From: a virus
Lineage: Duplodnaviria > Caudoviricetes
Strand: one strand, 5' to 3'
DNA length: 36,813 bases
Virus record (IMG/VR): IMGVR_UViG_3300016484_000181
Coordinates: 1 to 36,813 of that record
Part shown: one piece after another, positions 28,093 to 36,270 of the stretch
Numbering within the stretch: position 1 is the stretch's first letter
Layout of the letters: every line of letters starts with the position of its first letter
Made by a program: the position numbers and the translations under genes
Notes under the pieces: model-generated
What the model was told of the DNA's origin: nothing
The model's input: only the letters and a program-made list of their open reading frames with translations
The model's database searches: none

Positions 28093-28736
28093 AGGTTCTT
28101 AAGCATTTGAATCATTCGTGGACAAGGGTATATGTCAGACTTATCCTTACGAACCGAGTTGTGTGTATATATACCTGGAGTTCCTTTGAATGCCTCCTTA
28201 TCTATCTTCCAAATTTCTTCTCTGTAGTTCTTAGGTATGTTATATGTTTCGCACAAGTAGTTTAATAGCTGTCTAGTGCTCTCTATTTGCTCGTCAGTAT
28301 ACTTGTACCATAAAACATGACCTTTATATGGCTTATCTAATGTTGTAACCATAGATGGATCAACAACACCATTTACGTAGTTATAGTACTTTCCATTCTT
28401 AAGCTTTAGTGGTCCCCAGTTACAAATTTCAATACCTACTGAAAGTTTGTTTAGGTTCTGATACTTCGCTCCGTTTACAACAAAGTCCTCAGCATCTACA
28501 CCCAAGTGCCATGCCCAGTGTCTAGAAGAGAAGCACTGAACAATCGTTCCTCTCTCACCAATAACAAATGCTGTAGCTATTCTTGAGTCATTACTATTCC
28601 AAAACTTGGATACAGCAACAGGATTACCTCCACCAGCTGTGTGATGCAGGTATACTTGAAGTTTTTTACTATCCTCAGCAAAGTACTGATTGCTAGATAG
28701 CCTCTCCTGTACTATCTTGGTTATGTCTAATTCCAT
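28089..28736 (-). CDS. Endolysin, N-acetylmuramoyl-L-alanine amidase (Amidase_2)
   Basis: YLHHTAG, AWHLG, SVGIEICN, YTDEQI, THNSV..KSD Zn-amidase motifs. Adjacent to the holin. Confidence 0.88.
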   Translation of the reverse strand: MELDITKIVQERLSSNQYFAEDSKKLQVYLHHTAGGGNPVAVSKFWNSNDSRIATAFVIGERGTIVQCFSSRHWAWHLGVDAEDFVVNGAKYQNLNKLSVGIEICNWGPLKLKNGKYYNYVNGVVDPSMVTTLDKPYKGHVLWYKYTDEQIESTRQLLNYLCETYNIPKNYREEIWKIDKEAFKGTPGIYTHNSVRKDKSDIYPCPRMIQMLKNL

Positions 28737-29184
28737 CTAGATCTTTTTTAATTTCTTTTGCTCTGGCAAACAAATTCTTCATTGCCTGCCATAAATCTAA
28801 TCCCTTAACGGCCTTATAGTTCTCGTTAATGCTCATTACCTCAATACTTATAAGTATTAATGAAACAACCTTTGTCAACATTAGATCAACAGAAAAAAAT
28901 TGTTTCATTATATCATTCATTATGAAATGATCAATTAAGAAGAATGTAAGTAGTGTAATCTGATACAATGCCATCTTTGATGCGATTGCACTGGCTCCAC
29001 GACTTGTTACTGGTATTTTATGTTTTTTAGCCTTCCATATACCTGTAACTGTATCTAGTAATATAACAAAACCTATAAGCATAGATAAACCAAATATTGG
29101 CATAAAGAATGTTGTTACTGTCATTATAATATGAGGCGTGAATTTTTTAAACGATGATGCTAGTATGATTAGTTGTATTTTCAT
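28693..29184 (-). CDS. Holin (Phage_holin_4-like)
   Basis: Several TM segments with LDTVTGIWKA, TSRG..SK and IEVMSINEN. Directly upstream of the endolysin. Confidence 0.8.
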   Translation of the reverse strand: MKIQLIILASSFKKFTPHIIMTVTTFFMPIFGLSMLIGFVILLDTVTGIWKAKKHKIPVTSRGASAIASKMALYQITLLTFFLIDHFIMNDIMKQFFSVDLMLTKVVSLILISIEVMSINENYKAVKGLDLWQAMKNLFARAKEIKKDLDGIRHNQDSTGEAI

Positions 29185-29669
29185 GGGATAGGTACAATGC
29201 TTTTCTTGATGATTTTTACTATGACATATATTAGTATAATTATGAATAATATTCCACCTAGTACAGCAAAAAAGTTAACCCACCATGGTATGTACTTTAT
29301 ACGCTCTGGTTTTTGAGTTTTAGTTACAAGTTTTGTCTTGTAAATAGTGTTTCCTTTTATTGTTCTGTATATAGTATCAGTCCTAGCGATAACCTTGTAC
29401 TTATTATTTCTTATTCTAGACTGAAGCTTTAGTATTGTACCATCTTTTTCAGATAGTCTACTCGCGTATACATTACCTAATGAATCACAGAATAATGTAT
29501 CTTCTATATAAACTGTTTCTCCTGGAAGCTTTATAGTCGTATCGCGATATGAAATAACTGTAACTGTGCTATCTTTCTGTGTACACAAAGGGCAGTACTT
29601 CTCTAGCCTACGCTCAATTGAGCAAGAAAAAAGAAATAAAAACAGAATGGAAATGAGTATATATTTCAT
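29181..29669 (-). CDS. Lipoprotein with C-terminal TM helix, u-spanin-like
   Basis: MKYILISILFLFLFS-C lipobox, beta-rich middle, C-terminal TM followed by a basic tail, first gene of the lysis cassette. ATG at 29669 is preferred because the GTG at 29675 lies in the promoter motif. Confidence 0.65.
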   Translation of the reverse strand: MKYILISILFLFLFSCSIERRLEKYCPLCTQKDSTVTVISYRDTTIKLPGETVYIEDTLFCDSLGNVYASRLSEKDGTILKLQSRIRNNKYKVIARTDTIYRTIKGNTIYKTKLVTKTQKPERIKYIPWWVNFFAVLGGILFIIILIYVIVKIIKKSIVPIP

Positions 29670-29674
29670 ACTCA

Positions 29675-29682
29675 CAAAGATA
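29675..29682 (-). promoter_or_regulatory. Bacteroidota -7 element TATCTTTG for the lysis cassette
   Basis: TAnnTTTG 5 nt before the ATG at 29669. Confidence 0.6.
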
Positions 29683-29683
29683 A

Positions 29684-29830
29684 CTATTTTAATTCATAGT
29701 ATATTTTCATTGTATCATCCACTAGAATGATACCCTTATCCGTTTCAACGTGAAGTTGTGTATCACTGATGACCTCGATAGGTCCTATGATCGTGTACTC
29801 TATTTCGTTATGTGTAAACTTAGACTGCAT
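29684..29830 (-). CDS. Small acidic protein after the fibre gene (MQSKFTHNEIEY...IYYELK, 48 aa), possible fibre chaperone
   Basis: Translated by hand. Fills the gap and overlaps the fibre stop by 11 nt. Confidence 0.65.
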   Translation of the reverse strand: MQSKFTHNEIEYTIIGPIEVISDTQLHVETDKGIILVDDTMKIYYELK

Positions 29831-31250
29831 ATTTAGATACATTCACGTTAATAAAATTAGTGATCTCAGTAGTAGCAAAATTTTGTATTGCAAATAATAG
29901 ATAATAAGTATTGCTAGAATTAAATGGTACTAATGTATATGCTCCATTTGTTACATCTGATGAGATTAATGTACTAGGTGAGTAGCAGTAAAGGTTACCA
30001 CTAATTAAAGGGAAGTCTCTCCAAAATGTTTGAATCTGTAATGAGGTCATGTTAGCTGCTGATGCTATCAATGTTGCACCACTTAAACTATTGGATGTGT
30101 TAATGTACATCCTGATGTTAGTAGTACCACTACTTACACTCTTAAATGCCTTACTTCTAATTTGTAATACATTCCCATTCACTAACTTGTTAGCAGTTAT
30201 AATTTGACTAGCACTAATAGTATTAGCTATTGTACCTGTTACCTGTGTACCTATTTGATTCCCTATCAATACATATGGGCTAGAATCAATATTGATATTA
30301 CCACTACCTAGTAAAGATGTTGAGTTGATGGTCTTAATGCTAGTGCCACTAACCAGTTCAGTTTGTATTCCAGCACCTGATATAGATTTATTCTGCCATA
30401 AATCAGTGGCTAAGTCATACTGTAGTATGTCATTATCAGCAAGTCCAGATATCTGAACGTCATGGAGCTCATCTAATTCGTATCCATTCTGTACCCTAAC
30501 ATACATTCTTCCAGCACTTCCATTACTTGCTGTAGTTACAAATCCTAAATAAACCAAGTGATTTGGAGCGTGAGGCTTGATATTCGTAATTGATCCTGCT
30601 GTTGCACCTAAATACACAGGATCACCATCAGCCCATGTTGACGTTGGAAGAATACTCAATCCGTCAAGCTGACCATTAAGTATAATAAATCCCTTTTGGT
30701 TAGCTCCAATTGATGTAGACAATACTAGACCTACCGTTTGAGCTGAAGTAGCGTCAGACGTGTTGTATGCAAGCTTAACCTTTAGTCTGTCACCTTGTCC
30801 TCCAAACGCATATACTGGTTGACCTTTTGTTATTGTTATAGACTCAGCGTTTGTTACGTATGCAAGTAGTGTATTTGGTGACGTACCTATAACTTGAAAA
30901 ACATTTAACGTTGAGTTATATACACAAAGCATTTCTGCTCCGTCCTCAATGTCACCACCTATTAATTGACCGTCATTATTTCTATACATTGTAATGGTAC
31001 CAAGCCCATTAATATTTAATGTAGATCCTGTGGTATTACCATTTGTAAATCTAACAAGATATGCATCACCGTCAGCATAAGAAGTTACTCCAGATATTGA
31101 TACGGTATACGTGTCTGTACCGCTTGCAGTACCATGAGGTATACTACCACTACCACCACCACTAGAAATAACTTTAGGCTTACCGTCAGATCCGTTTACC
31201 TGTAGACCGTTTGGACCAAATATATTTCCACTTGAGTCGGTTACTTGCAT
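29820..31250 (-). CDS. Tail or head fibre protein
   Basis: Mosaic of fibre motifs: NTTGSTLNINGLG, ITKGQPVY, ELDELHDVQIS..DILQYD..WQN, LVSGTSIKTINSTSLLGSGNI. Confidence 0.8.
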   Translation of the reverse strand: MQVTDSSGNIFGPNGLQVNGSDGKPKVISSGGGSGSIPHGTASGTDTYTVSISGVTSYADGDAYLVRFTNGNTTGSTLNINGLGTITMYRNNDGQLIGGDIEDGAEMLCVYNSTLNVFQVIGTSPNTLLAYVTNAESITITKGQPVYAFGGQGDRLKVKLAYNTSDATSAQTVGLVLSTSIGANQKGFIILNGQLDGLSILPTSTWADGDPVYLGATAGSITNIKPHAPNHLVYLGFVTTASNGSAGRMYVRVQNGYELDELHDVQISGLADNDILQYDLATDLWQNKSISGAGIQTELVSGTSIKTINSTSLLGSGNINIDSSPYVLIGNQIGTQVTGTIANTISASQIITANKLVNGNVLQIRSKAFKSVSSGTTNIRMYINTSNSLSGATLIASAANMTSLQIQTFWRDFPLISGNLYCYSPSTLISSDVTNGAYTLVPFNSSNTYYLLFAIQNFATTEITNFINVNVSKYAV

Positions 31251-31570
31251 CTTAAGAATGATAAGTTTGGACCTTCTTCACCACTAATTATAAATGTAGT
31301 GTTTGCGTCTGTTGTTGTGGCTATCAACTGGTCACCCTTATGAAGTATATACACCATATCGTCAGTAACGGTGTCACCATGAGTTAATGAAAGTGAGTAT
31401 ATATCTACAGTTGTAGATGTTGATGAAACATACTTCTGTAGAATTATATCATAGTTAGTAACAGCATTAGAGAATCTTACATAGTTTACTGCACAAACAT
31501 TCTGGTTCTTACATTCGTATAGAACTGTGCCAGTTAAACTAACCAATCCTTCGTTACTAATAAGAGCCAT
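31241..31570 (-). CDS. Small beta-sandwich structural protein (fibre-associated)
   Basis: GTVLY..YILHKGDQLIA..FIISGEE pattern and position. Confidence 0.55.
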   Translation of the reverse strand: MALISNEGLVSLTGTVLYECKNQNVCAVNYVRFSNAVTNYDIILQKYVSSTSTTVDIYSLSLTHGDTVTDDMVYILHKGDQLIATTTDANTTFIISGEEGPNLSFLRCK

Positions 31571-31890
31571 TACGTTATTATTATTTGGTTAGAACTTCTT
31601 AATGTAATAGATTGTATTTCTAAAAAATAATAAGTAACATTAAAATAATAAGATGCTGGAACATCTAGACTTATTTTTATTTCAGTAAAACCTATATAAT
31701 CTGGAATTAAAACACCATCTTGATACCATAATAAATCTTGAGCTATTGGAGTATAAATTATTTCAGCAGGCTCATAAAAAAGTATATCATCTCTTTGAGA
31801 TATAAATGGATCTGATAATACTATTTTTCTAGGCTTAGCATCATTAGATGAAGACCCAATACCAGTTGATGTACCTATAAAAGTACCCAT
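31570..31890 (-). CDS. Hypothetical structural protein, possibly Ig-like
   Basis: Gly-rich N-terminus (IGTSTGIG) and WYQDGVLI. Follows the spike base gene. Confidence 0.5.
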   Translation of the reverse strand: MGTFIGTSTGIGSSSNDAKPRKIVLSDPFISQRDDILFYEPAEIIYTPIAQDLLWYQDGVLIPDYIGFTEIKISLDVPASYYFNVTYYFLEIQSITLRSSNQIIIT

Positions 31891-31891
31891 C

Positions 31892-32152
31892 TTACCAAAG
31901 AGCTATAATATCAGTAGCTGATGTAGTAGAAGCAAATACTCTAATCACTTGAACAGGTAAAAATGCACCTGCTGCAACATTAGTAAATGTAACGTCATCA
32001 CCACCTGCTGTTAAAACTCTAATTATACCTCCAGATCCAGAGTATAAAATACAAGGCCATACTTCAGTTGGATATCCAACATATGGTATGTTAACGTTAT
32101 CATCTGGAGTAACTGGAGCTGCTCTCTCTACCTGTAATTTTTGATATGCCAT
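31892..32152 (-). CDS. Head-spike base protein (RcGTA Rcc01079-like)
   Basis: AAPVTPDD..LYSGSGG..VTFTNVAAGAFLPVQVIRVFASTTSATDIIALW matches the family pattern as I recall it. Confidence 0.7.
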   Translation of the reverse strand: MAYQKLQVERAAPVTPDDNVNIPYVGYPTEVWPCILYSGSGGIIRVLTAGGDDVTFTNVAAGAFLPVQVIRVFASTTSATDIIALW

Positions 32153-32158
32153 CTTTAG

Positions 32159-32419
32159 TTATTTTTTTGTGCTTTTACCATTAGCTCCGTTTCTACCCCT
32201 ATTGATAGAAGGAGACTCAAGTACAAATTTACCATTTTTTTTCATACTAACATCAGGACCACCTTTTCCGTCAATTCCTCTCTTCCTTCTCTCCTTGGTA
32301 TGCTCTGCTCTGTACTTCTTCTCAGACTCACTCTTGTTAAGCTCCCTCTGATACTCTCTCCTCTTCTCCGCTGCCGTTGGGTTTGCTGCGTAGTACTTGG
32401 ATGTCTTGCTCTGTCCCAT
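32159..32419 (-). CDS. Small basic protein, degenerate HNH-like
   Basis: GKGGPDVSM..SINRGRN resembles G.G.DV.H...S.NR.RN but lacks the His. Confidence 0.55.
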   Translation of the reverse strand: MGQSKTSKYYAANPTAAEKRREYQRELNKSESEKKYRAEHTKERRKRGIDGKGGPDVSMKKNGKFVLESPSINRGRNGANGKSTKK

Positions 32420-32585
32420 AAAATATCTTATTAATTAATAGGTTTGGATTGTTTAATTTTTCTTTTCTTTCGCTGCATCCGCAGTCCTCTCCAGCGACTG
32501 CTTTAACAACTTTTTCAATTCCAGTGGCCTTGGTTATTGATTGAACAGTATCTCCAAAGCCATAATGCTTTTTAATTATAATCAT
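32337..32585 (-). CDS. Small protein with a CGC motif
   Basis: GFGDTV..ITKATGI..DCGCSERKEKLN. ATGA-coupled to the upstream gene; its tail overlaps the next gene by 83 nt. Confidence 0.65.
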   Translation of the reverse strand: MIIIKKHYGFGDTVQSITKATGIEKVVKAVAGEDCGCSERKEKLNNPNLLINKIFYGTEQDIQVLRSKPNGSGEEERVSEGA

Positions 32586-32971
32586 TTCCTGTACTTTGCT
32601 GTTTTCTTTGCAATGCTTTTTGGCTGATCAACAACACTACCAGTGCCACCACCCATTCTCTTTGCCCTTGTAGTTGCAGCGTACTCAGATGAACTCAACG
32701 CCTCAATGGCCTTTTTGGGTAGGTATCTCTCTCCAGTCTCTTTACTCGGCTTACCACTCTTTGTGGTCCACTCCTGTTTTGTCCACTTTGACAAACTGTT
32801 TGACTCAGACTTCTTACCAACGTACTTGCCTCCAGCCTCTTTATATTTGGCTACAGCTATCTGCGCTTTTCTAGCTGACCACTGACCTGCGTCACCTCCC
32901 TTTGTGCCTGACTTAACACTAGACACTATTCTACTCCAAAGCTCTGGATTTTTTTTCTTTGCTACAGACAT
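32582..32971 (-). CDS. Basic protein, DUF5872-like (129 aa)
   Basis: GGDAGQWSARKAQ..YKEAGGKY, SLSKWTKQEW, RYLPKKA. The ATG at 32971 lies just after the upstream stop and is preferred over 33055. Confidence 0.7.
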   Translation of the reverse strand: MSVAKKKNPELWSRIVSSVKSGTKGGDAGQWSARKAQIAVAKYKEAGGKYVGKKSESNSLSKWTKQEWTTKSGKPSKETGERYLPKKAIEALSSSEYAATTRAKRMGGGTGSVVDQPKSIAKKTAKYRK

Positions 32972-32972
32972 T

Positions 32973-33275
32973 CTACGATCCCTTAACCCATTTCTTGCTT
33001 GGAGATGCTGTCTTGCTTGGTGACCACTTAACCTTGTCGGCCCAGTATGCAGCACTCATCTTACCCTTAGCAATGTTCTTGGCGTGACGGCTCTTAAATG
33101 CCTCACGCTGACCTGCCGTTTGATTGGTCTTAACACCCTGTTGTCCAAAGCGAATAGTCTTCACTTCGTCACCCTGCTTGGCAACAACAATATGACTTTT
33201 TGTTGGGTGACTTGGAGTTCTTTTTGGTTTATTGAATCCTTCAACGCCAGCTCTTTCTAATCGAGGGTCTTTCAT
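32973..33275 (-). CDS. Conserved basic phage protein (100 aa)
   Basis: NKPKRTPSHPTKSH..IRFGQQG..FKSRH..SAAYWADKVKW. Confidence 0.75.
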   Translation of the reverse strand: MKDPRLERAGVEGFNKPKRTPSHPTKSHIVVAKQGDEVKTIRFGQQGVKTNQTAGQREAFKSRHAKNIAKGKMSAAYWADKVKWSPSKTASPSKKWVKGS

Positions 33276-33415
33276 TTTTTCATCTTCTTCATAGCGGCCT
33301 TCATGCCGTACTCCTTAATCATCTCTTTCTTAGACTCAGACTTTTCGTGCTTCATCTTAGCAGACTTGCTTGCATATTTCTCGCCAGTCTTTTTTTCTGT
33401 TACCATTTTTTTCAT
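33272..33415 (-). CDS. Lys/Met-rich small protein (MKKMVTEKKTGEKYASKSAKMKHEKSE..., 47 aa), below the ORF-track cutoff
   Basis: Translated by hand. Starts 5 nt after the upstream stop and has an ATGA overlap with the next gene. Confidence 0.75.
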   Translation of the reverse strand: MKKMVTEKKTGEKYASKSAKMKHEKSESKKEMIKEYGMKAAMKKMKK

Positions 33416-33420
33416 AATTC

Positions 33421-33924
33421 TTAGTTTATTCCTCTATCCTTAATTGTTCTATTAACTGGCATACCTTCAGCGTTGAATCTGGTTCTCTCCATTCTTCTAC
33501 CACCTCCAGGCATATTGTTAAATCTTTCTACCTCAACTCTACCACCTCCAGCTGTAGGTCTCTCCATAAGAGTTCCTTCTACCTCTTGACCGTCAAACTC
33601 TCTTGAGATGTCGTATCTCTTTCTGTCAAACAAGTCGATAGCGTTGTTTCTGAAAGGAGTTCTGTTGTATCGCTCTTGAGCCATCATCTCTTTAGCATAT
33701 GCATCCATATATGATGGATTTCTTTCAATTGCATCCATTGATTCTGTACCCAAAGATTCTATAGCAGCTGATTTTAAAGCTTCCATTCTCTGTGAAGGAT
33801 TACCAGTAACGTTTGATTTTTTAGCTGGCATTTTTTGTGAAGCATTTCCAGTAGCGTTTGACCTCTTAGATGGCATTTTCTGTGAAGGGTCTATAGTAGT
33901 TGTTTTTGCAGTTCTATTTTTCAT
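33421..33924 (-). CDS. Hypothetical protein with N-terminal 15-aa repeats
   Basis: 167-aa ORF directly after a -7 promoter. Confidence 0.7.
   Translation of the reverse strand: MKNRTAKTTTIDPSQKMPSKRSNATGNASQKMPAKKSNVTGNPSQRMEALKSAAIESLGTESMDAIERNPSYMDAYAKEMMAQERYNRTPFRNNAIDLFDRKRYDISREFDGQEVEGTLMERPTAGGGRVEVERFNNMPGGGRRMERTRFNAEGMPVNRTIKDRGIN
33784..33889 (-). repeat. 45-bp imperfect tandem repeat (about 2.3 copies)
   Basis: Units start at 33784, 33829 and 33874, encoding PSQKMPSKRSNATGN / ASQKMPAKKSNVTGN / PSQRM. Confidence 0.85.
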
Positions 33925-33931
33925 AACTTTG
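33924..33931 (+). promoter_or_regulatory. Plus-strand -7 element TAACTTTG
   Basis: TAnnTTTG 18 nt before the ATG at 33950. Confidence 0.55.
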
Positions 33932-33941
33932 TTTTGAAATA

Positions 33942-33949
33942 CAAATATA
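33942..33949 (-). promoter_or_regulatory. Minus-strand -7 element TATATTTG
   Basis: TAnnTTTG 17 nt before the ATG at 33924. Confidence 0.6.
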
Positions 33950-34456
33950 ATGAAAATAATAAAAAAAAGAAAGAAGCGTGTTGATGCTATATACTATGGT
34001 CGTGACACAAAGTATGACTTTCTTAAGAACTGGGGAATGATTAGAAAGTGGGCAATATACCAGTACGGACTTAAATCATCGGCAGATATCGACATGTTGC
34101 TATTCTTGTACTCAGAGAAACTATTTACTAGATCAAAGTTTAATGAGTATGCGTCATTTATGTCTTGGGATAGAAGGAGGTTTGATAGACTTCTAAGCGA
34201 TGGATTCATCTCAATATGGAGAAAAAGAAAGTATGGGGAGTATAACTTATATGAGCTATCTTTCCAGTCTAAAAAGATGATATCTAGTATGTATAGAAAG
34301 CTAATTGGGCTAGAACCCTTCCCAGAGACTCCAAGACGAAATAAGGTAATGAAACCAAACGCCTCTTACTCCGAAAGGATGCTAGCCCAAGCTATTAAGA
34401 GATTTAATTCAGACTTTAAAGAACACAAACAATGTCCTTCTCCTGAACTACAGTAA
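33950..34456 (+). CDS. Putative winged-helix DNA-binding protein
   Basis: Only credible plus-strand gene, filling a gap with no long minus-strand ORF. LKSSADIDMLLFL..FDRLLSDGFISIW..LYELS resembles a MarR-type winged helix. Confidence 0.6.
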   Translation: MKIIKKRKKRVDAIYYGRDTKYDFLKNWGMIRKWAIYQYGLKSSADIDMLLFLYSEKLFTRSKFNEYASFMSWDRRRFDRLLSDGFISIWRKRKYGEYNLYELSFQSKKMISSMYRKLIGLEPFPETPRRNKVMKPNASYSERMLAQAIKRFNSDFKEHKQCPSPELQ

Positions 34457-34673
34457 ACCTGTTGTTGTCAATTAGGACCTCATATGAGTGTACCTTGTCG
34501 TACATCACCTTGTCTCCCTTAGACATTCCAACAACGTTTATTCCTGGCTCAACAATTACACCGTAGTGGTATCTCATATCTTGGTACTCGTCACCACTTA
34601 GGATTAAACCGCTGTTTGATTTTTTCTGCTCTACAACCTTCTCGATTAGTAGAAATTTATTTAGTACTCTCAT
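34416..34673 (-). CDS. groES: Co-chaperonin GroES (Cpn10)
   Basis: FLLIEK..KSNSGLILS mobile loop, GVIVEPG, KGDKVMY, VQEKDIVCVL. Confidence 0.88.
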   Translation of the reverse strand: MRVLNKFLLIEKVVEQKKSNSGLILSGDEYQDMRYHYGVIVEPGINVVGMSKGDKVMYDKVHSYEVLIDNNRFTVVQEKDIVCVL

Positions 34674-36222
34674 CTGCTCTGACGTTTGTTATAATTGCGT
34701 TTGTACTCATAATTGTTGTTGCAACAGACACAGCGTTTAGTAGCGCGTTCTTTGTAACCTTAGTCGGGTCAATGATACCCATCTTGATCATGTCACCAGC
34801 AACCTCGTTCTTAACGTCATACCCCCATCCCTTATTCTCAAACATATTAAGAGCAATTGACTTAGGGTTCTTTCCTGCGTTGATCAAGATTTGATTAAAA
34901 GGAGCGATAAGTGCGTCATACATAATCTTAGATGCTACGTCATCAGTGTCGTCAATCAAAGAAGCACACTCTGCCAGCGCGATACCACCACCTGGAAGTA
35001 TTCCCTCCTCTAGTGCTGCCATAACCGCATACACAGCGTCATCAATTCTGTCTCTCTTCTCCTTCTGCTCAATGTCGCTCTGTGCACCTACATAGATTAC
35101 ACCGATACCACCAGAAATATTTGCGATTCGCTCTCTCAAGAACTCTCTGTCTACTTGGTCATCAGTCTGATTGATCATATCGTTGAGCTCAACCAAATGA
35201 TTGTCGATGTCTTCCTTGAACTCTGCCTGGTGCATGAACACCGTCATGTCCTTCTTAACAATAATCTTTGACGCTCTACCTAAGTCAACAAGGTTTACAA
35301 TAGATAGGTCGTCACCAGTGTCCTCACTGAAGTACGTTCCACCAAGTGCAACAGCTAGGTCTTTTAATAAATCTTTCTGTCTGTATCCAAACGATGGAGG
35401 CATGATGTTGCAAGCCTTAATCTTGCCTTGGTATACGTTAACGTTTAACGTCTGTAGTGCGTTTGGTCCCAAGTTACCGATAATCAACAATGACTTTCCT
35501 TGAGATACAATTGGAGCCAATATCTTCTCTAGATTAGAGATATTGTTGATCTCATGGTCGCAAATCAATACGTATGGATTCTCAAGAACACACTCCTGCT
35601 TCTTTTGATCAGTAATAAAGTAAGGAGAAGTGTATCCCCTCTCGATTCGCATTCCGTTGATGATCTCAACTCGTGTCTCAGAGTTCATGCTGTTCTCAAC
35701 TGTTACCAAAGACACCTCAGAAAATGCGTCACCGATCATCTTGCCGACCTCTTGGTCGTTGTTTGCAGAGATCGTAGCAACGTCATACAGCCTTCTCCCG
35801 TTAACCTTCTTTGATGTCTTGTCAAGTGATGCGATTACCTTCTTAGTAATAGTATTTATCTTGCGTATCACCTCAGTAACGTTGTGCTCTGGCTTAACAT
35901 ACTTGTCAGCCGCGTCAATAATAGCCTCTGCAAGCACAATTGACGTGGTTGTACCGTCACCAGCAACAGTTGCAGTCTTGTCAGCCGCCTGTCTCATCAT
36001 GATTACAGCCAAGTTCTCAGTCGGGTCATACAGATTGATTGACTTAGCGACAGTCACACCGTCCTTTGTCACTGTAATACCTCCTACGTGCTGCTCTGAC
36101 TCGATTAATACTGTCCTTCCTCTCGCTCCGAGAGTACTTTTTACTGCTCCAGCGATCTTCTTGATGCCAGATTTCAATTTTTTTTGGCCTTCATCACCAA
36201 AATGAATCTCTTTTACTATCAT
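34657..36222 (-). CDS. groEL: Phage chaperonin GroEL (Cpn60)
   Basis: AVKSTLGARG, TKDGVTVA, AGDGTTT, ATISANND, RGYTSPYF, RIDDA, PGGG, GIIDPTKVT. No GGM tail. Confidence 0.97.
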   Translation of the reverse strand: MIVKEIHFGDEGQKKLKSGIKKIAGAVKSTLGARGRTVLIESEQHVGGITVTKDGVTVAKSINLYDPTENLAVIMMRQAADKTATVAGDGTTTSIVLAEAIIDAADKYVKPEHNVTEVIRKINTITKKVIASLDKTSKKVNGRRLYDVATISANNDQEVGKMIGDAFSEVSLVTVENSMNSETRVEIINGMRIERGYTSPYFITDQKKQECVLENPYVLICDHEINNISNLEKILAPIVSQGKSLLIIGNLGPNALQTLNVNVYQGKIKACNIMPPSFGYRQKDLLKDLAVALGGTYFSEDTGDDLSIVNLVDLGRASKIIVKKDMTVFMHQAEFKEDIDNHLVELNDMINQTDDQVDREFLRERIANISGGIGVIYVGAQSDIEQKEKRDRIDDAVYAVMAALEEGILPGGGIALAECASLIDDTDDVASKIMYDALIAPFNQILINAGKNPKSIALNMFENKGWGYDVKNEVAGDMIKMGIIDPTKVTKNALLNAVSVATTIMSTNAIITNVRADESTK

Positions 36223-36239
36223 TTTACTAAATTTTAGTC

Positions 36240-36247
36240 CAAATTTA
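36240..36247 (-). promoter_or_regulatory. Bacteroidota -7 element TAAATTTG for groEL-groES
   Basis: TAnnTTTG between a terminator and the groEL ATG. Confidence 0.65.
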
Positions 36248-36270
36248 GTAATTTTTTAGTTACCACAAAC

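Noticed and set aside
32972-33055. N-terminal extension of the 157-aa ORF in the track
   Set aside because: It overlaps the upstream gene. The ATG at 32971 directly after that gene's stop is the better start.
34616-36205. Plus-strand ORFs opposite groEL (34616-34894, 35201-35503, 35554-35814, 35630-36205)
   Set aside because: Antisense open frames caused by groEL codon bias.
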